Below, piece after piece: positions 10,087 through 17,859 of a stretch of 47,275 nt of DNA. Origin of the DNA: Patescibacteria group bacterium. Lineage in GTDB: Bacteria > Patescibacteriota > Minisyncoccia > Phycocordibacterales > Phycocordibacteraceae. The stretch spans positions 1 through 47,275 of the forward strand of contig JAJDCJ010000006.1 of NCBI GenBank assembly GCA_029260935.1, given 5' to 3'. Numbering within the stretch: the stretch's first letter is position 1; each line of letters begins with the position of its first letter. Under the pieces are notes generated by a model. It worked only from the letters and a program-made list of their open reading frames with translations, made no database searches and was not told the DNA's origin. A program made the position numbers and the translations under genes.

Positions 10087-10159
10087 GGGCCTGTAGCTCA
10101 ATTGGTAGAGCGCCTCATTTGCACTGAGGAGGCAGCGGGTTCGAATCCTGTCAGGTCCA
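10087..10159 (+). tRNA. tRNA-Ala (anticodon TGC), CCA not encoded
   Basis: Cloverleaf with GGGCCTG/CAGGTCC acceptor carrying G3:U70, GCTC/GAGC D-stem, CCTCA-TTTGCAC-TGAGG anticodon arm, TTCGAAT T-loop, discriminator A. Confidence 0.97.
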
Positions 10160-10341
10160 CAATAAAAATTCCTGCCTTTTTGGTAGGATATTTTTGTTGT
10201 GAGATCTGAGAAAGGTATCTGCATACCTTTCGTGCAGGATTCGAAAGCGGTTGAGTATATGAATGAGTCCGCAGAATGACGGACGAAATGAATACGAAAC
10301 CCGTACTGCTCCTGTAAGGAGAGAATCCTGTCAGGTCCACA
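10143..10341 (+). repeat. 19-bp direct repeat of the tRNA 3' end
   Basis: GAATCCTGTCAGGTCCACA at 10143-10161 and 10323-10341. Confidence 0.9.
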
Positions 10342-10551
10342 GAACGCTCATCCTGAAGTAATCACTTCAGGATTTTTGCGTTTCTGTAGGGCTTGGCAGG
10401 ATTCGAAAAGAGGCTGTTGCGAAGCCTCAAGAGAATACTTGAGTAACAGCCGACGGGGTCGCGTCGCTTAGTATTTTATGAGTATGCGAAATAAAATACT
10501 AAGCAAAGGTGACCGATGCGTGCGAGGCAACGCCGTAGACACATCCTGTCG

Positions 10552-10571
10552 ATGTATCATATATGATACAT
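10552..10571. repeat. Palindrome family C copy 1
   Basis: ATGTATCATATATGATACAT, perfect 20-mer. Confidence 0.92.
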
Positions 10572-10652
10572 TTTACTTTTTATGTTTTTTAGAAACTAAA
10601 GGTATTTCTCTCTCGTCGTGTTTATGGTATACGGAAAACTGAAGTTAAGGGA

Positions 10653-10672
10653 ATGTATCATATATGATACAT
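10653..10672. repeat. Palindrome family C copy 2
   Basis: ATGTATCATATATGATACAT, perfect 20-mer. Confidence 0.92.
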
Positions 10673-10841
10673 TTTTATTTTTTTTTATGTTTTGTATGGT
10701 CTAGTAGAGTTTAATAGGATTTTAAGAGAGGGCGAGGCAAAGCCGTAGACACATCCTGTCAATGACGGGTGACCACAAAAATGTAGTTCAAAACACTGAG
10801 TAAAGATAACCGAATCCTGAGCGTGGTAGCATATACACTAT

Positions 10842-11024
10842 ATGGATAAATATTTACATCAAGTTGCAATGTGGTCAATTTTAATTGGCGCACTTATTCT
10901 TTTATACATTGCGTATCTGTGGTTTACCGAAGGGAATACTCTTATGAGCCTCGGTATGTTTATTATGGGAGTTGTCGCGTTTTCTAACTTTTATCTGCAC
11001 AGGAGAATGATGGGTCATAGATGA
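10842..11024 (+). CDS. Small two-TM hypothetical membrane protein
   Basis: 60-aa ORF with two hydrophobic stretches. Confidence 0.6.
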   Translation: MDKYLHQVAMWSILIGALILLYIAYLWFTEGNTLMSLGMFIMGVVAFSNFYLHRRMMGHR

Positions 11025-11030
11025 ACCAAC

Positions 11031-11072
11031 ACCCGAACTAACAACCGAATTAACTCAGTCGTTAGTTCGGGT
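11031..11072. repeat. Imperfect palindrome, family E
   Basis: ACCCGAACTAAC/GTTAGTTCGGGT 12-bp outer arms; inner sequence shared with 28183-28206. Confidence 0.75.
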
Positions 11073-11120
11073 GGGTGTGAAGTCTATTACACGAAGAGAA
11101 ATGCTATACTCTCAAGCACT

Positions 11121-11495
11121 ATGGCAAGCTTACGGAAAAAAGAGACACAGGAGGCGTATCGTAAGTTAATGAAGCAACGTGATGCTCTTGAGGTGCCACG
11201 TATTGATATAGCGAGCGAAAAGAAAATTCGTGAATTTGAACACTGGATTTTAATTAAAAATAAGTTTCCCTATGATAGGGTTGCTAAAAAACATGACCTT
11301 TTGTTTCCAAGGAGGGTCTTTACAGAAGATAAGGATATAAGTGGGGCTGAGCGAGAAGAGTTGAGAGAAATTAAAAAAGAGCTTCAAAGTGAGTATGATA
11401 TTGCCTTTGAATCATTTAGTCATTCAAAAAGTATTCGCGGCCATTTTCATATCCATTTCATCTCTTTTAAAGATAGTTTTCACAACGATGACTGA
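11121..11495 (+). CDS. HIT-like (histidine triad) protein
   Basis: NKFPYD, HDLL and C-terminal HFHIH motif. Confidence 0.65.
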   Translation: MASLRKKETQEAYRKLMKQRDALEVPRIDIASEKKIREFEHWILIKNKFPYDRVAKKHDLLFPRRVFTEDKDISGAEREELREIKKELQSEYDIAFESFSHSKSIRGHFHIHFISFKDSFHNDD

Positions 11496-11602
11496 ATTAG
11501 TTCGTGTGGAGAGAGGGGCTAAAATTGGGACAGTGGTATTCCACAGGTGTCCATTATATCCATATTTATCTATGTTACGATTCCATCACGTTAGGATTTT
11601 TT

Positions 11603-12112
11603 ATGGGGATCTACCAGTTTTTAATACTCTTTCACATCATCGGCACGGTGTTGGGCGTTGGTGGGGCAACGTTTGCGGAAATACTCTCCACACGCGCGCT
11701 GAAAGACGGCACTATTGATAAAGAAGAAGGGAGCATGCTCAAAGCGGTGTATACCACGCTCCGCATTGGTCTTATTATTGCGGTGTTGAGCGGGTTTGGG
11801 CTTCTGCTCTTACTTCGTATAAATGGGCAGGAAGAGCATCTCCTCAACCCGCAGTTGTGGGCAAAAATGACCATCGTTTCGGTGCTTGCGTTTAATGCGG
11901 TTCTTTTGACACTGCACCGCATTCCGTTTTGGCTTGGAGGTGCTATTTCACTCACCTCGTGGTACGCGGCGCTTTTGCTCGGGTCGTGGCGCGGGCTCTC
12001 CAGTTCATATATAAATATTATGCTCATGTATATCGCGGCTATTTTCCTAGTAGCGTGGATACTGCACGTTATTAAAAAGTGGTATCTCCGACCGTCAGTG
12101 CAAAACGTATGA
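11603..12112 (+). CDS. Multi-pass membrane protein with a His in the first TM helix
   Basis: About 5 TM segments, FHIIGTVLGVGG; ATG 11603 preferred. Confidence 0.75.
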   Translation: MGIYQFLILFHIIGTVLGVGGATFAEILSTRALKDGTIDKEEGSMLKAVYTTLRIGLIIAVLSGFGLLLLLRINGQEEHLLNPQLWAKMTIVSVLAFNAVLLTLHRIPFWLGGAISLTSWYAALLLGSWRGLSSSYINIMLMYIAAIFLVAWILHVIKKWYLRPSVQNV

Positions 12113-12564
12113 GTAGTATTTTTGCCATCACACTTTCAGTGCATGTTATTGCCGGCATAGTGGGCGTCATTGGCATCTTTGCCATCATGATGAGCCTTGC
12201 CGGGCGCCGGTCTTCTTTGCGCTTTCTAAAAATAACGTCTGCGACCACGCTCATTTCTTTTCTTACTTCGTGGTTTACCGGCGGGTACTACTACGTGTTG
12301 CGCTACGGATCCGAAGTAAAACCAGTTATTAAGGCCGGCGACAACCCGTGGGCGCACGCGCTCTTTATGGAGGCAAAGGAACATATCTTTCTTTTCCTGC
12401 CGGTCTTGGCGTTCCTCTTTTTCCTTCTGTTCTTTTTGATGGGCAAAGAGGTCTTGGCAAACCAAAAATATAAAAAGGTAACGCTTTTGCTTGCCGTCCT
12501 TGCTTCACTCATTGCACTTTTCATTACCTTCGCCGGAGTGCTTATATCCGGTTCAGCACAATAA
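12109..12564 (+). CDS. Four-TM membrane protein
   Basis: ATGA overlap with the upstream gene; HVIAG, WAH, KEH motifs. Confidence 0.75.
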   Translation: MSSIFAITLSVHVIAGIVGVIGIFAIMMSLAGRRSSLRFLKITSATTLISFLTSWFTGGYYYVLRYGSEVKPVIKAGDNPWAHALFMEAKEHIFLFLPVLAFLFFLLFFLMGKEVLANQKYKKVTLLLAVLASLIALFITFAGVLISGSAQ

Positions 12565-12565
12565 T

Positions 12566-12892
12566 ATGCACGACAAAAATACACACGCACTTGTTTCATT
12601 TACCCTCAGCGCCATTCTTATTATTACGGCAACGGCGGCCGTGACTATCGGTGCGGAACTGCACGCACCTCTCAAAAGCTGGCTGGCAAGCACCTTTTCT
12701 CACCACTGGATAGGGAAAAGTATCCTCTCTTTTGCCGGCTTTCTTATTATTGGCGTGGGGCTTTCACTTTTGCCGCGTTCATTCGGCAAGCTTTTACCGC
12801 TCTTGTACGTACTCCTCTGGACCGTTTTGCTGAGTAGTCTCGCCATTATTGGCTTTTTCTACTACGAAGCCTTTCTTGCGGTCCACCCATAA
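12566..12892 (+). CDS. Three-TM membrane protein
   Basis: Starts 1 nt after the previous stop; HHWIGK motif. Confidence 0.7.
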   Translation: MHDKNTHALVSFTLSAILIITATAAVTIGAELHAPLKSWLASTFSHHWIGKSILSFAGFLIIGVGLSLLPRSFGKLLPLLYVLLWTVLLSSLAIIGFFYYEAFLAVHP

Positions 12893-12983
12893 AGAGGGTT
12901 TTAAAAAAATGTGCACAACTTTTTGAGACTCTCATAGAGGGAGTATTCTGAGAGTATTATTACTCCCTTTATATTAGGTAACC

Positions 12984-13259
12984 GTGAATATAGCTACACA
13001 TAAAAACGCCATTATTGGCGCCGCTGTTGTGCTCGTTGTTCTTGGAGGGTTAGTGTATTACCTCTTTACTTCCAACGCTGAGCCCGCACCAGAGGTTGAC
13101 CAGACACTTTCCACCATAGAAGAAAACCTGTCAGACATTACGTCCCCGGAAGTGTCGGTGCCTACTTCTGCCGACCCTGCCAAACAGGTGCTTCCGCAAG
13201 AAACACCACTTGATAAAACTAATCCTTTCAAAGACGCATATGTTAATCCATTTGAATAG
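12984..13259 (+). CDS. Small single-TM anchored protein
   Basis: N-terminal TM, acidic/Pro-rich tail ending NPFKDAYVNPFE. Confidence 0.65.
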   Translation: MNIATHKNAIIGAAVVLVVLGGLVYYLFTSNAEPAPEVDQTLSTIEENLSDITSPEVSVPTSADPAKQVLPQETPLDKTNPFKDAYVNPFE

Positions 13260-14961
13260 TGTAAAAGTTGCTGTAGCTACGCTGGTCTTTTTTGTTGGGT
13301 TCTTTACCTTTTCAGTTGGAACGGTACAGGCGGCTTCGGTGTTTGACATTGAGTTTCCCGTGAGTGAACTCGGCGGGTGTGCCGACCGCTTTGCCTGTAA
13401 AGCATTTTGTTCTAAAGCAAAAAATGAAAACGCATGCAGTGCGTTTGCGGAACAGTACGGATTGCAAAAAAGTTCAGTAACTACTGAAAAAAAATTCAAA
13501 CAAATTGAAGAAGACGGTGGCCCGGGTGGGTGTGCACTGGGCTCGGCAAACCCCGGACTTTCGTGTCGCGCCTACTGCGACAACACAACGAATATAGAGC
13601 AGTGTGTGAACTACGCCCGCCAGTACGATCTCTTGGACGAACGGGAACTTGAAGAAGCGGACAAAGTGCTCTCCGCGCTAAAGCGTGGTATTCAACTGCC
13701 ACCGCAGTGTACGAACGCGGCTTCGTGTAAAGCCACCTGCGAAAACCCTGCAGATGTTGACACCGCGCGCGCCTGTTTTGCTTTTGGAAAAGAAGCAGGT
13801 CTGCTTCCTCCGGGAGTTGACGATGCGCAGGCAGAAAAAGTATTTTTGTCTATTGAAAGAGGCACCGGCCCCTTTAAGTCGTTTGCGGAAATGCGACAGT
13901 GCGAAAACCCACCAAATGACGCGGTGTTGCAGAAGTGTATTGCTTTTGGCGTTGAGTCAGGATTTATTTCAGGAGAAGAAGCTGAAATAATCAAAAAAAC
14001 GGGAGGTAAAGGTCCCGGCGGGTGTACGGGCAGGGAACAGTGCGAAACGTATTGTCGGGCACACGGGGAAGAGTGTTTCCGCTTCGGCGCAGAGCATAAC
14101 CTTATTCGTGAAGAAGACCGACACCGCATACAGGAAGGTGTCTCTGGCGTACAGCGGGCCCTGCAAGAAGCTCCTCCGGAAATTGTGCAATGTATTAAAA
14201 ACGCCGTGCCGGACCTAGATCAAACGTTCGCAGGTCAGGGTTTTATTGGCCCTGAAATTGGAGAGAAAATGAGGCAATGTTTTGAGTCGCAGTTCGGCGG
14301 GCAAGGGGAACGTCACGATGGGTTTGAGTCTCGTCAGGGGCTTCCGCCTCCTCAAGGTCAGTTTGAATCAAACATACCACAACTACCTCCAGAGGCATTG
14401 CGCTGTATTGAAGGCAAGCTCGGCAAACCGTTTGCCGAGGTAGTGAAACAAGGACGTCCAACGAATGAAGTTGAAAATGTGATTCGCGGATGTATGGAAG
14501 CACTGCGTGGCAGTGAGCCACAGCCACCGCAAGACGGCACACATCCGCCGTTTGACCCAGCACGTGATTCAGCATTTCCTGTGCACGATGCAAACACATC
14601 AGCGCCGGAGCAATTTCAGCGCCCACCAACCCCAGAGGAGTTGCAAAAGTATCAGCAGTATCGTGAGCAAGGCGGTACCTACCCACCGGAAGGAACTTTC
14701 ACACAGCCTCCGAGTGATTTCAACACTGCACCACCTCCTACCGACCGCCGTGAATTGACTCCGGAAGAATACCAAAAGTATCAGCAACAAGGTGGTACCT
14801 ATCCTTCAGGTGATGCGTATCCGCCACCACCGACTGATGCACCCCCTCCACCAACCGAAATCACTCCAACTTCGTCTGGTCCTTCCGGGTTCTTTTCGCG
14901 CATCGGCTCTGGCTTCAATTCACTCACCGCGAGTGTGTTGAATGCATTCTTTGGAAGATAG
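13240..14961 (+). CDS. Secreted cysteine-rich repeat protein with Pro-rich tail
   Basis: Signal peptide (TVQA/ASV), five GGC-x-C-xxx-C-x-C-like repeats (one with only two Cys), 22 Cys by manual count, Pro/Gln tandem repeat, amphipathic C-terminus. Confidence 0.8.
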   Translation: MLIHLNSVKVAVATLVFFVGFFTFSVGTVQAASVFDIEFPVSELGGCADRFACKAFCSKAKNENACSAFAEQYGLQKSSVTTEKKFKQIEEDGGPGGCALGSANPGLSCRAYCDNTTNIEQCVNYARQYDLLDERELEEADKVLSALKRGIQLPPQCTNAASCKATCENPADVDTARACFAFGKEAGLLPPGVDDAQAEKVFLSIERGTGPFKSFAEMRQCENPPNDAVLQKCIAFGVESGFISGEEAEIIKKTGGKGPGGCTGREQCETYCRAHGEECFRFGAEHNLIREEDRHRIQEGVSGVQRALQEAPPEIVQCIKNAVPDLDQTFAGQGFIGPEIGEKMRQCFESQFGGQGERHDGFESRQGLPPPQGQFESNIPQLPPEALRCIEGKLGKPFAEVVKQGRPTNEVENVIRGCMEALRGSEPQPPQDGTHPPFDPARDSAFPVHDANTSAPEQFQRPPTPEELQKYQQYREQGGTYPPEGTFTQPPSDFNTAPPPTDRRELTPEEYQKYQQQGGTYPSGDAYPPPPTDAPPPPTEITPTSSGPSGFFSRIGSGFNSLTASVLNAFFGR

Positions 14962-15019
14962 ACAAAACGCGCATCACCGCGGGGAAGTTTTTTATTCATC
15001 AATTTGCTATACTGTGGTC

Positions 15020-15166
15020 AGTCACCTAAAGTGCTGGACTTGTTAAGAAATCTACCCGGAGTGCATGCAGTTTTTAGAAAGAACACCACGCCATAGCATC
15101 AACGCCACACCGTGTATTAATAGATGCATGAGTGCGGGTAACGGCAGGATATATTGCAGGGCGACT
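15020..15166 (+). ncRNA. Candidate rod-shaped ncRNA, 6S RNA-like
   Basis: TG-C-TATACT at 15005-15013; ends pair (AGTCACC/GGCGACT), TACCCG/CGGGTA and CATGCA/TGCATG stems around a central bulge; no ORF. Confidence 0.45.
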
Positions 15167-15241
15167 TGTTTGGTAAACCCCCATGCGTTTTAGTAGGCCG
15201 GAGCGGTAACCTTTTCCCCACAGGAGAGGTTTTTATACTGT

Positions 15242-15367
15242 ATGGAATCTATAGACACAAATGAAATACAACATGCCTTTGGTGAGAAGCCGAAATGTTA
15301 TTGCGATGGATGTGGGACTCCCTCGGTAGGTTTCGGCCGATGTACATGGCATCAACTTGGGTGTTGA
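15242..15367 (+). CDS. 41-aa Cys-rich microprotein (not in ORF track)
   Basis: MESIDTNEIQHAFGEKPKCYCDGCGTPSVGFGRCTWHQLGC; CxCxxC...CxxH...C. Confidence 0.5.
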   Translation: MESIDTNEIQHAFGEKPKCYCDGCGTPSVGFGRCTWHQLGC

Positions 15368-15429
15368 TTTTTTATCTTAGTGTCCTGGCCAGTGCGCATA
15401 AGGCAAAAAAATCTGTTACAGTGTGACGT

Positions 15430-15660
15430 ATGTTAAAGAAAATGATGTTAAAGGCAATGATGAGCAAACAGCTCAAAGGTCTTCCAAAAGAGACACAGGA
15501 TCAAATTATCAGTATGGTTGAGAAGAATCCGAAGTTTTTTGAGAATATGTCAAAGGAGATAAAGGAACGTACCAAAAATGGTGAAGACCAAATGCTCGCA
15601 ATGCAGTCGGTTGCAAAAAAACACCAAGAAGAACTACAGAAGATGTTCCTTGGGCAATAG
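15430..15660 (+). CDS. Small Met/Lys-rich helical hypothetical protein
   Basis: 76-aa ORF with amphipathic helical pattern. Confidence 0.7.
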   Translation: MLKKMMLKAMMSKQLKGLPKETQDQIISMVEKNPKFFENMSKEIKERTKNGEDQMLAMQSVAKKHQEELQKMFLGQ

Positions 15661-15746
15661 TGCACATAGTTGAAGTCTTTAGTGGTAAAGAGAAAGGTAC
15701 GTATTAATAAGTATACGTTTAATGTAATGCGCAGAATTATATTTTT

Positions 15747-16319
15747 ATGAAGAAAATTTTTGTCCTTTTAGGACATCCAAACAGCGAATCCTTTATAGGC
15801 TCACTTGCAGGCAGTTATGAGGCAGGGGCACTTGAGGCAGGACATGAAGTGCGACGACAAAATATCGGTGATATGCAGTTTGATCCTGTATTACATAAAG
15901 GATACAAAGAGATTCAAACACTTGAACCGGACCTTCTTACGTTTCAAAGAAACGTTATCTGGGCAGATCATATAGTCATTCTGTATCCAAACTGGTGGTG
16001 TACCATGCCTGCGCTTCTGAAGGGGGTTTTTGACCGAGCGTGGCTTCCGGGGTTTGCGTTCAAGTTTAATAAAAACAAAATAGGATGGAAAAAGCTCCTC
16101 AAGGGAAAAACAGGGAGAATTATTATTGGGGCGGCAACGCCGTGGCTCACCACCCATGTGCTTTTTGGAGACTTTACGAACGAACTTTCACGCGCCACGT
16201 TGGGGTTTGCTGGTATTAAAACCAAGATTACTATTTTTGCTCCATCTGAAACAACTTCAGACACCCTTCACGGAAAGTGGATGAAAAAAACAAACAGACT
16301 TGGTGCCAAAGGCGTTTGA
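15747..16319 (+). CDS. Flavodoxin-fold NAD(P)H:quinone oxidoreductase
   Basis: LLGHP..SF, WADHIVILYPNWW, PALLKGVFDR, LLKGK. Confidence 0.9.
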   Translation: MKKIFVLLGHPNSESFIGSLAGSYEAGALEAGHEVRRQNIGDMQFDPVLHKGYKEIQTLEPDLLTFQRNVIWADHIVILYPNWWCTMPALLKGVFDRAWLPGFAFKFNKNKIGWKKLLKGKTGRIIIGAATPWLTTHVLFGDFTNELSRATLGFAGIKTKITIFAPSETTSDTLHGKWMKKTNRLGAKGV

Positions 16320-16347
16320 CAGGGTAGGTGTTCACAGGCACAATTCT

Positions 16348-16521
16348 ATGCATATGTTTAATAAAGCACCTGAAGTACTTGATAATTCCAGCGCCGACTC
16401 TCACGAAGAGTGGATAGGCGTTACTCAAGAGGAAATAAAAACTTTTGCAAAGTGGGGATTAGGTGTTACTGCCATATCTGCATTAGGAGCAATTTTGTCC
16501 ATGCTTCTCGGAAAACAATAG
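16348..16521 (+). CDS. Small hypothetical protein with C-terminal TM
   Basis: Fills the gap before ychF; hydrophobic C-terminus; start uncertain. Confidence 0.45.
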   Translation: MHMFNKAPEVLDNSSADSHEEWIGVTQEEIKTFAKWGLGVTAISALGAILSMLLGKQ

Positions 16522-16522
16522 T

Positions 16523-17623
16523 ATGGAAATATCAGTCGGTATTGTTGGGTTACCCAACGTTGGCAAATCTACGCTTTTTAATGCGCTTACTGAAAAGCAC
16601 GTTGCAGCTGAAAATTATCCTTTTTGTACTATTGATCCTTCAGTGGGTATTGTGCCAGTGCCTGATCCACGCCTACAAAAACTAACTGAACTTTCACACT
16701 CCGAGAAGACTATTCCTGCAGTTATTGAGTTTGTTGATATTGCAGGCCTGGTTCGTGGTGCATCCGAGGGTGCCGGCTTGGGCAATCAGTTTCTCTCACA
16801 CATTCGTGAAGTTGACGCTATTGCACACGTGGTTCGTATTTTTGAAGATGCCGACGTTGCTCACGTTGAGGAGGGGCAGATAGACCCAGCGCGTGATATT
16901 GAAATTATCAACCTAGAGTTGATACTCACTGATTTGCAAACAGTTTCAAAGCGAATTGAAAAATTAAACCGCGATGTAAAACGGGGAGATAAGGACGCCA
17001 TTGCAGAAAGTGTAGTGTTAAAAAAAGTAGATGAAGTCCTTTCAAAAGGGGCGCTTGCACACACTATTTCCTTTGATGAGAAAGAGAGAGAAATAGTGAG
17101 TGGTGTGCACCTTCTTACCATGAAGCCAATGATGTATATTTTGAATAAAAAAGCAGGCGGACACAACTTGGACGAGATGAATGACGAGCGGTGGCAGAAG
17201 TTTGTAGCACTCCTTGAGTCAACTGACGCTACCTATACAACGGTTGATGCTTCTATTGAAGGAGAGTTAAGGACCGTTGCTCACGACGAAAAAGAGACGC
17301 TCCGGCAGGAGTTTGGTGTTCTTGACGATGGTGTAGATACTCTTATTAGGCGGGCGTACACTCTGCTCGGGTTGATGAGTTACTTTACAACTGGCCTTGA
17401 CGAGACGCGTGCATGGACTATTACCATTGGCTCCAGGGCACCTGATGCAGGTGTTGCAATTCATACTGATTTCAGGGATAAATTTATCCGCGCCGAAGTG
17501 GTTGCCTACAATGACCTTGTTGAAGCTGGTTCGTTTGCAATTGCCCGTGAAAAAGGACAGGTGAGAACTGAAGGCAAAGAATATATTGTAAAAAACGGAG
17601 ACGTTATTGAGTTTAGAATATAG
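16523..17623 (+). CDS. ychF: Ribosome-binding ATPase YchF
   Basis: GLPNVGKST, NYPFCTIDP, DIAGLV, GLGNQFL, TGS domain. Confidence 0.97.
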   Translation: MEISVGIVGLPNVGKSTLFNALTEKHVAAENYPFCTIDPSVGIVPVPDPRLQKLTELSHSEKTIPAVIEFVDIAGLVRGASEGAGLGNQFLSHIREVDAIAHVVRIFEDADVAHVEEGQIDPARDIEIINLELILTDLQTVSKRIEKLNRDVKRGDKDAIAESVVLKKVDEVLSKGALAHTISFDEKEREIVSGVHLLTMKPMMYILNKKAGGHNLDEMNDERWQKFVALLESTDATYTTVDASIEGELRTVAHDEKETLRQEFGVLDDGVDTLIRRAYTLLGLMSYFTTGLDETRAWTITIGSRAPDAGVAIHTDFRDKFIRAEVVAYNDLVEAGSFAIAREKGQVRTEGKEYIVKNGDVIEFRI

Positions 17624-17694
17624 AGGTAAGTATTTCATTGGTAGTAAGAGTATTATTTCTGTACAATAAGGTACTATAAGAGGTACTGAAGAAT

Positions 17695-17859
17695 ATGAGT
17701 GAGCGCATTGATTTAAAAGATACTATTGAACGCCCTAAGATCTGTGAAGGGCCGAAGGGTATGGGAGTGTGTTCACAAACAGGTATATATCGTCCCGATT
17801 TAGGGTACTACATCTGTGACACGTGTTACGAGTCCTATAAAATTGAAGAAGATGAGTGA
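17695..17859 (+). CDS. 54-aa four-Cys microprotein overlapping the leuS start (not in ORF track)
   Basis: MSERIDLKDTIERPKICEGPKGMGVCSQTGIYRPDLGYYICDTCYESYKIEEDE; C-x8-C...CxxC; last 8 nt overlap leuS. Confidence 0.6.
   Translation: MSERIDLKDTIERPKICEGPKGMGVCSQTGIYRPDLGYYICDTCYESYKIEEDE

Larger units (their letters stand above)
10522..10764 (+). repeat. 33-bp direct repeats (2 mismatches) bounding a module with two family C palindromes
   Basis: GCGAGGCAA(C/A)GCCGTAGACACATCCTGTC(G/A)ATG at 10522-10554 and 10732-10764. Confidence 0.85.

Noticed and set aside
10098-10340. 80-aa minus-strand ORF
   Set aside because: It is the antisense shadow of tRNA-Ala and its repeat.
10140-10764. CRISPR array
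   Set aside because: The repeats are tRNA-derived, degenerate and about 200 bp apart, with no constant repeat-spacer period and no cas1/cas2.
12938-12968. AGGGAGTA...TACTCCCT inverted repeat before the 12984 gene
   Set aside because: Short arms, long loop and single copy; at most an ordinary operator or hairpin.
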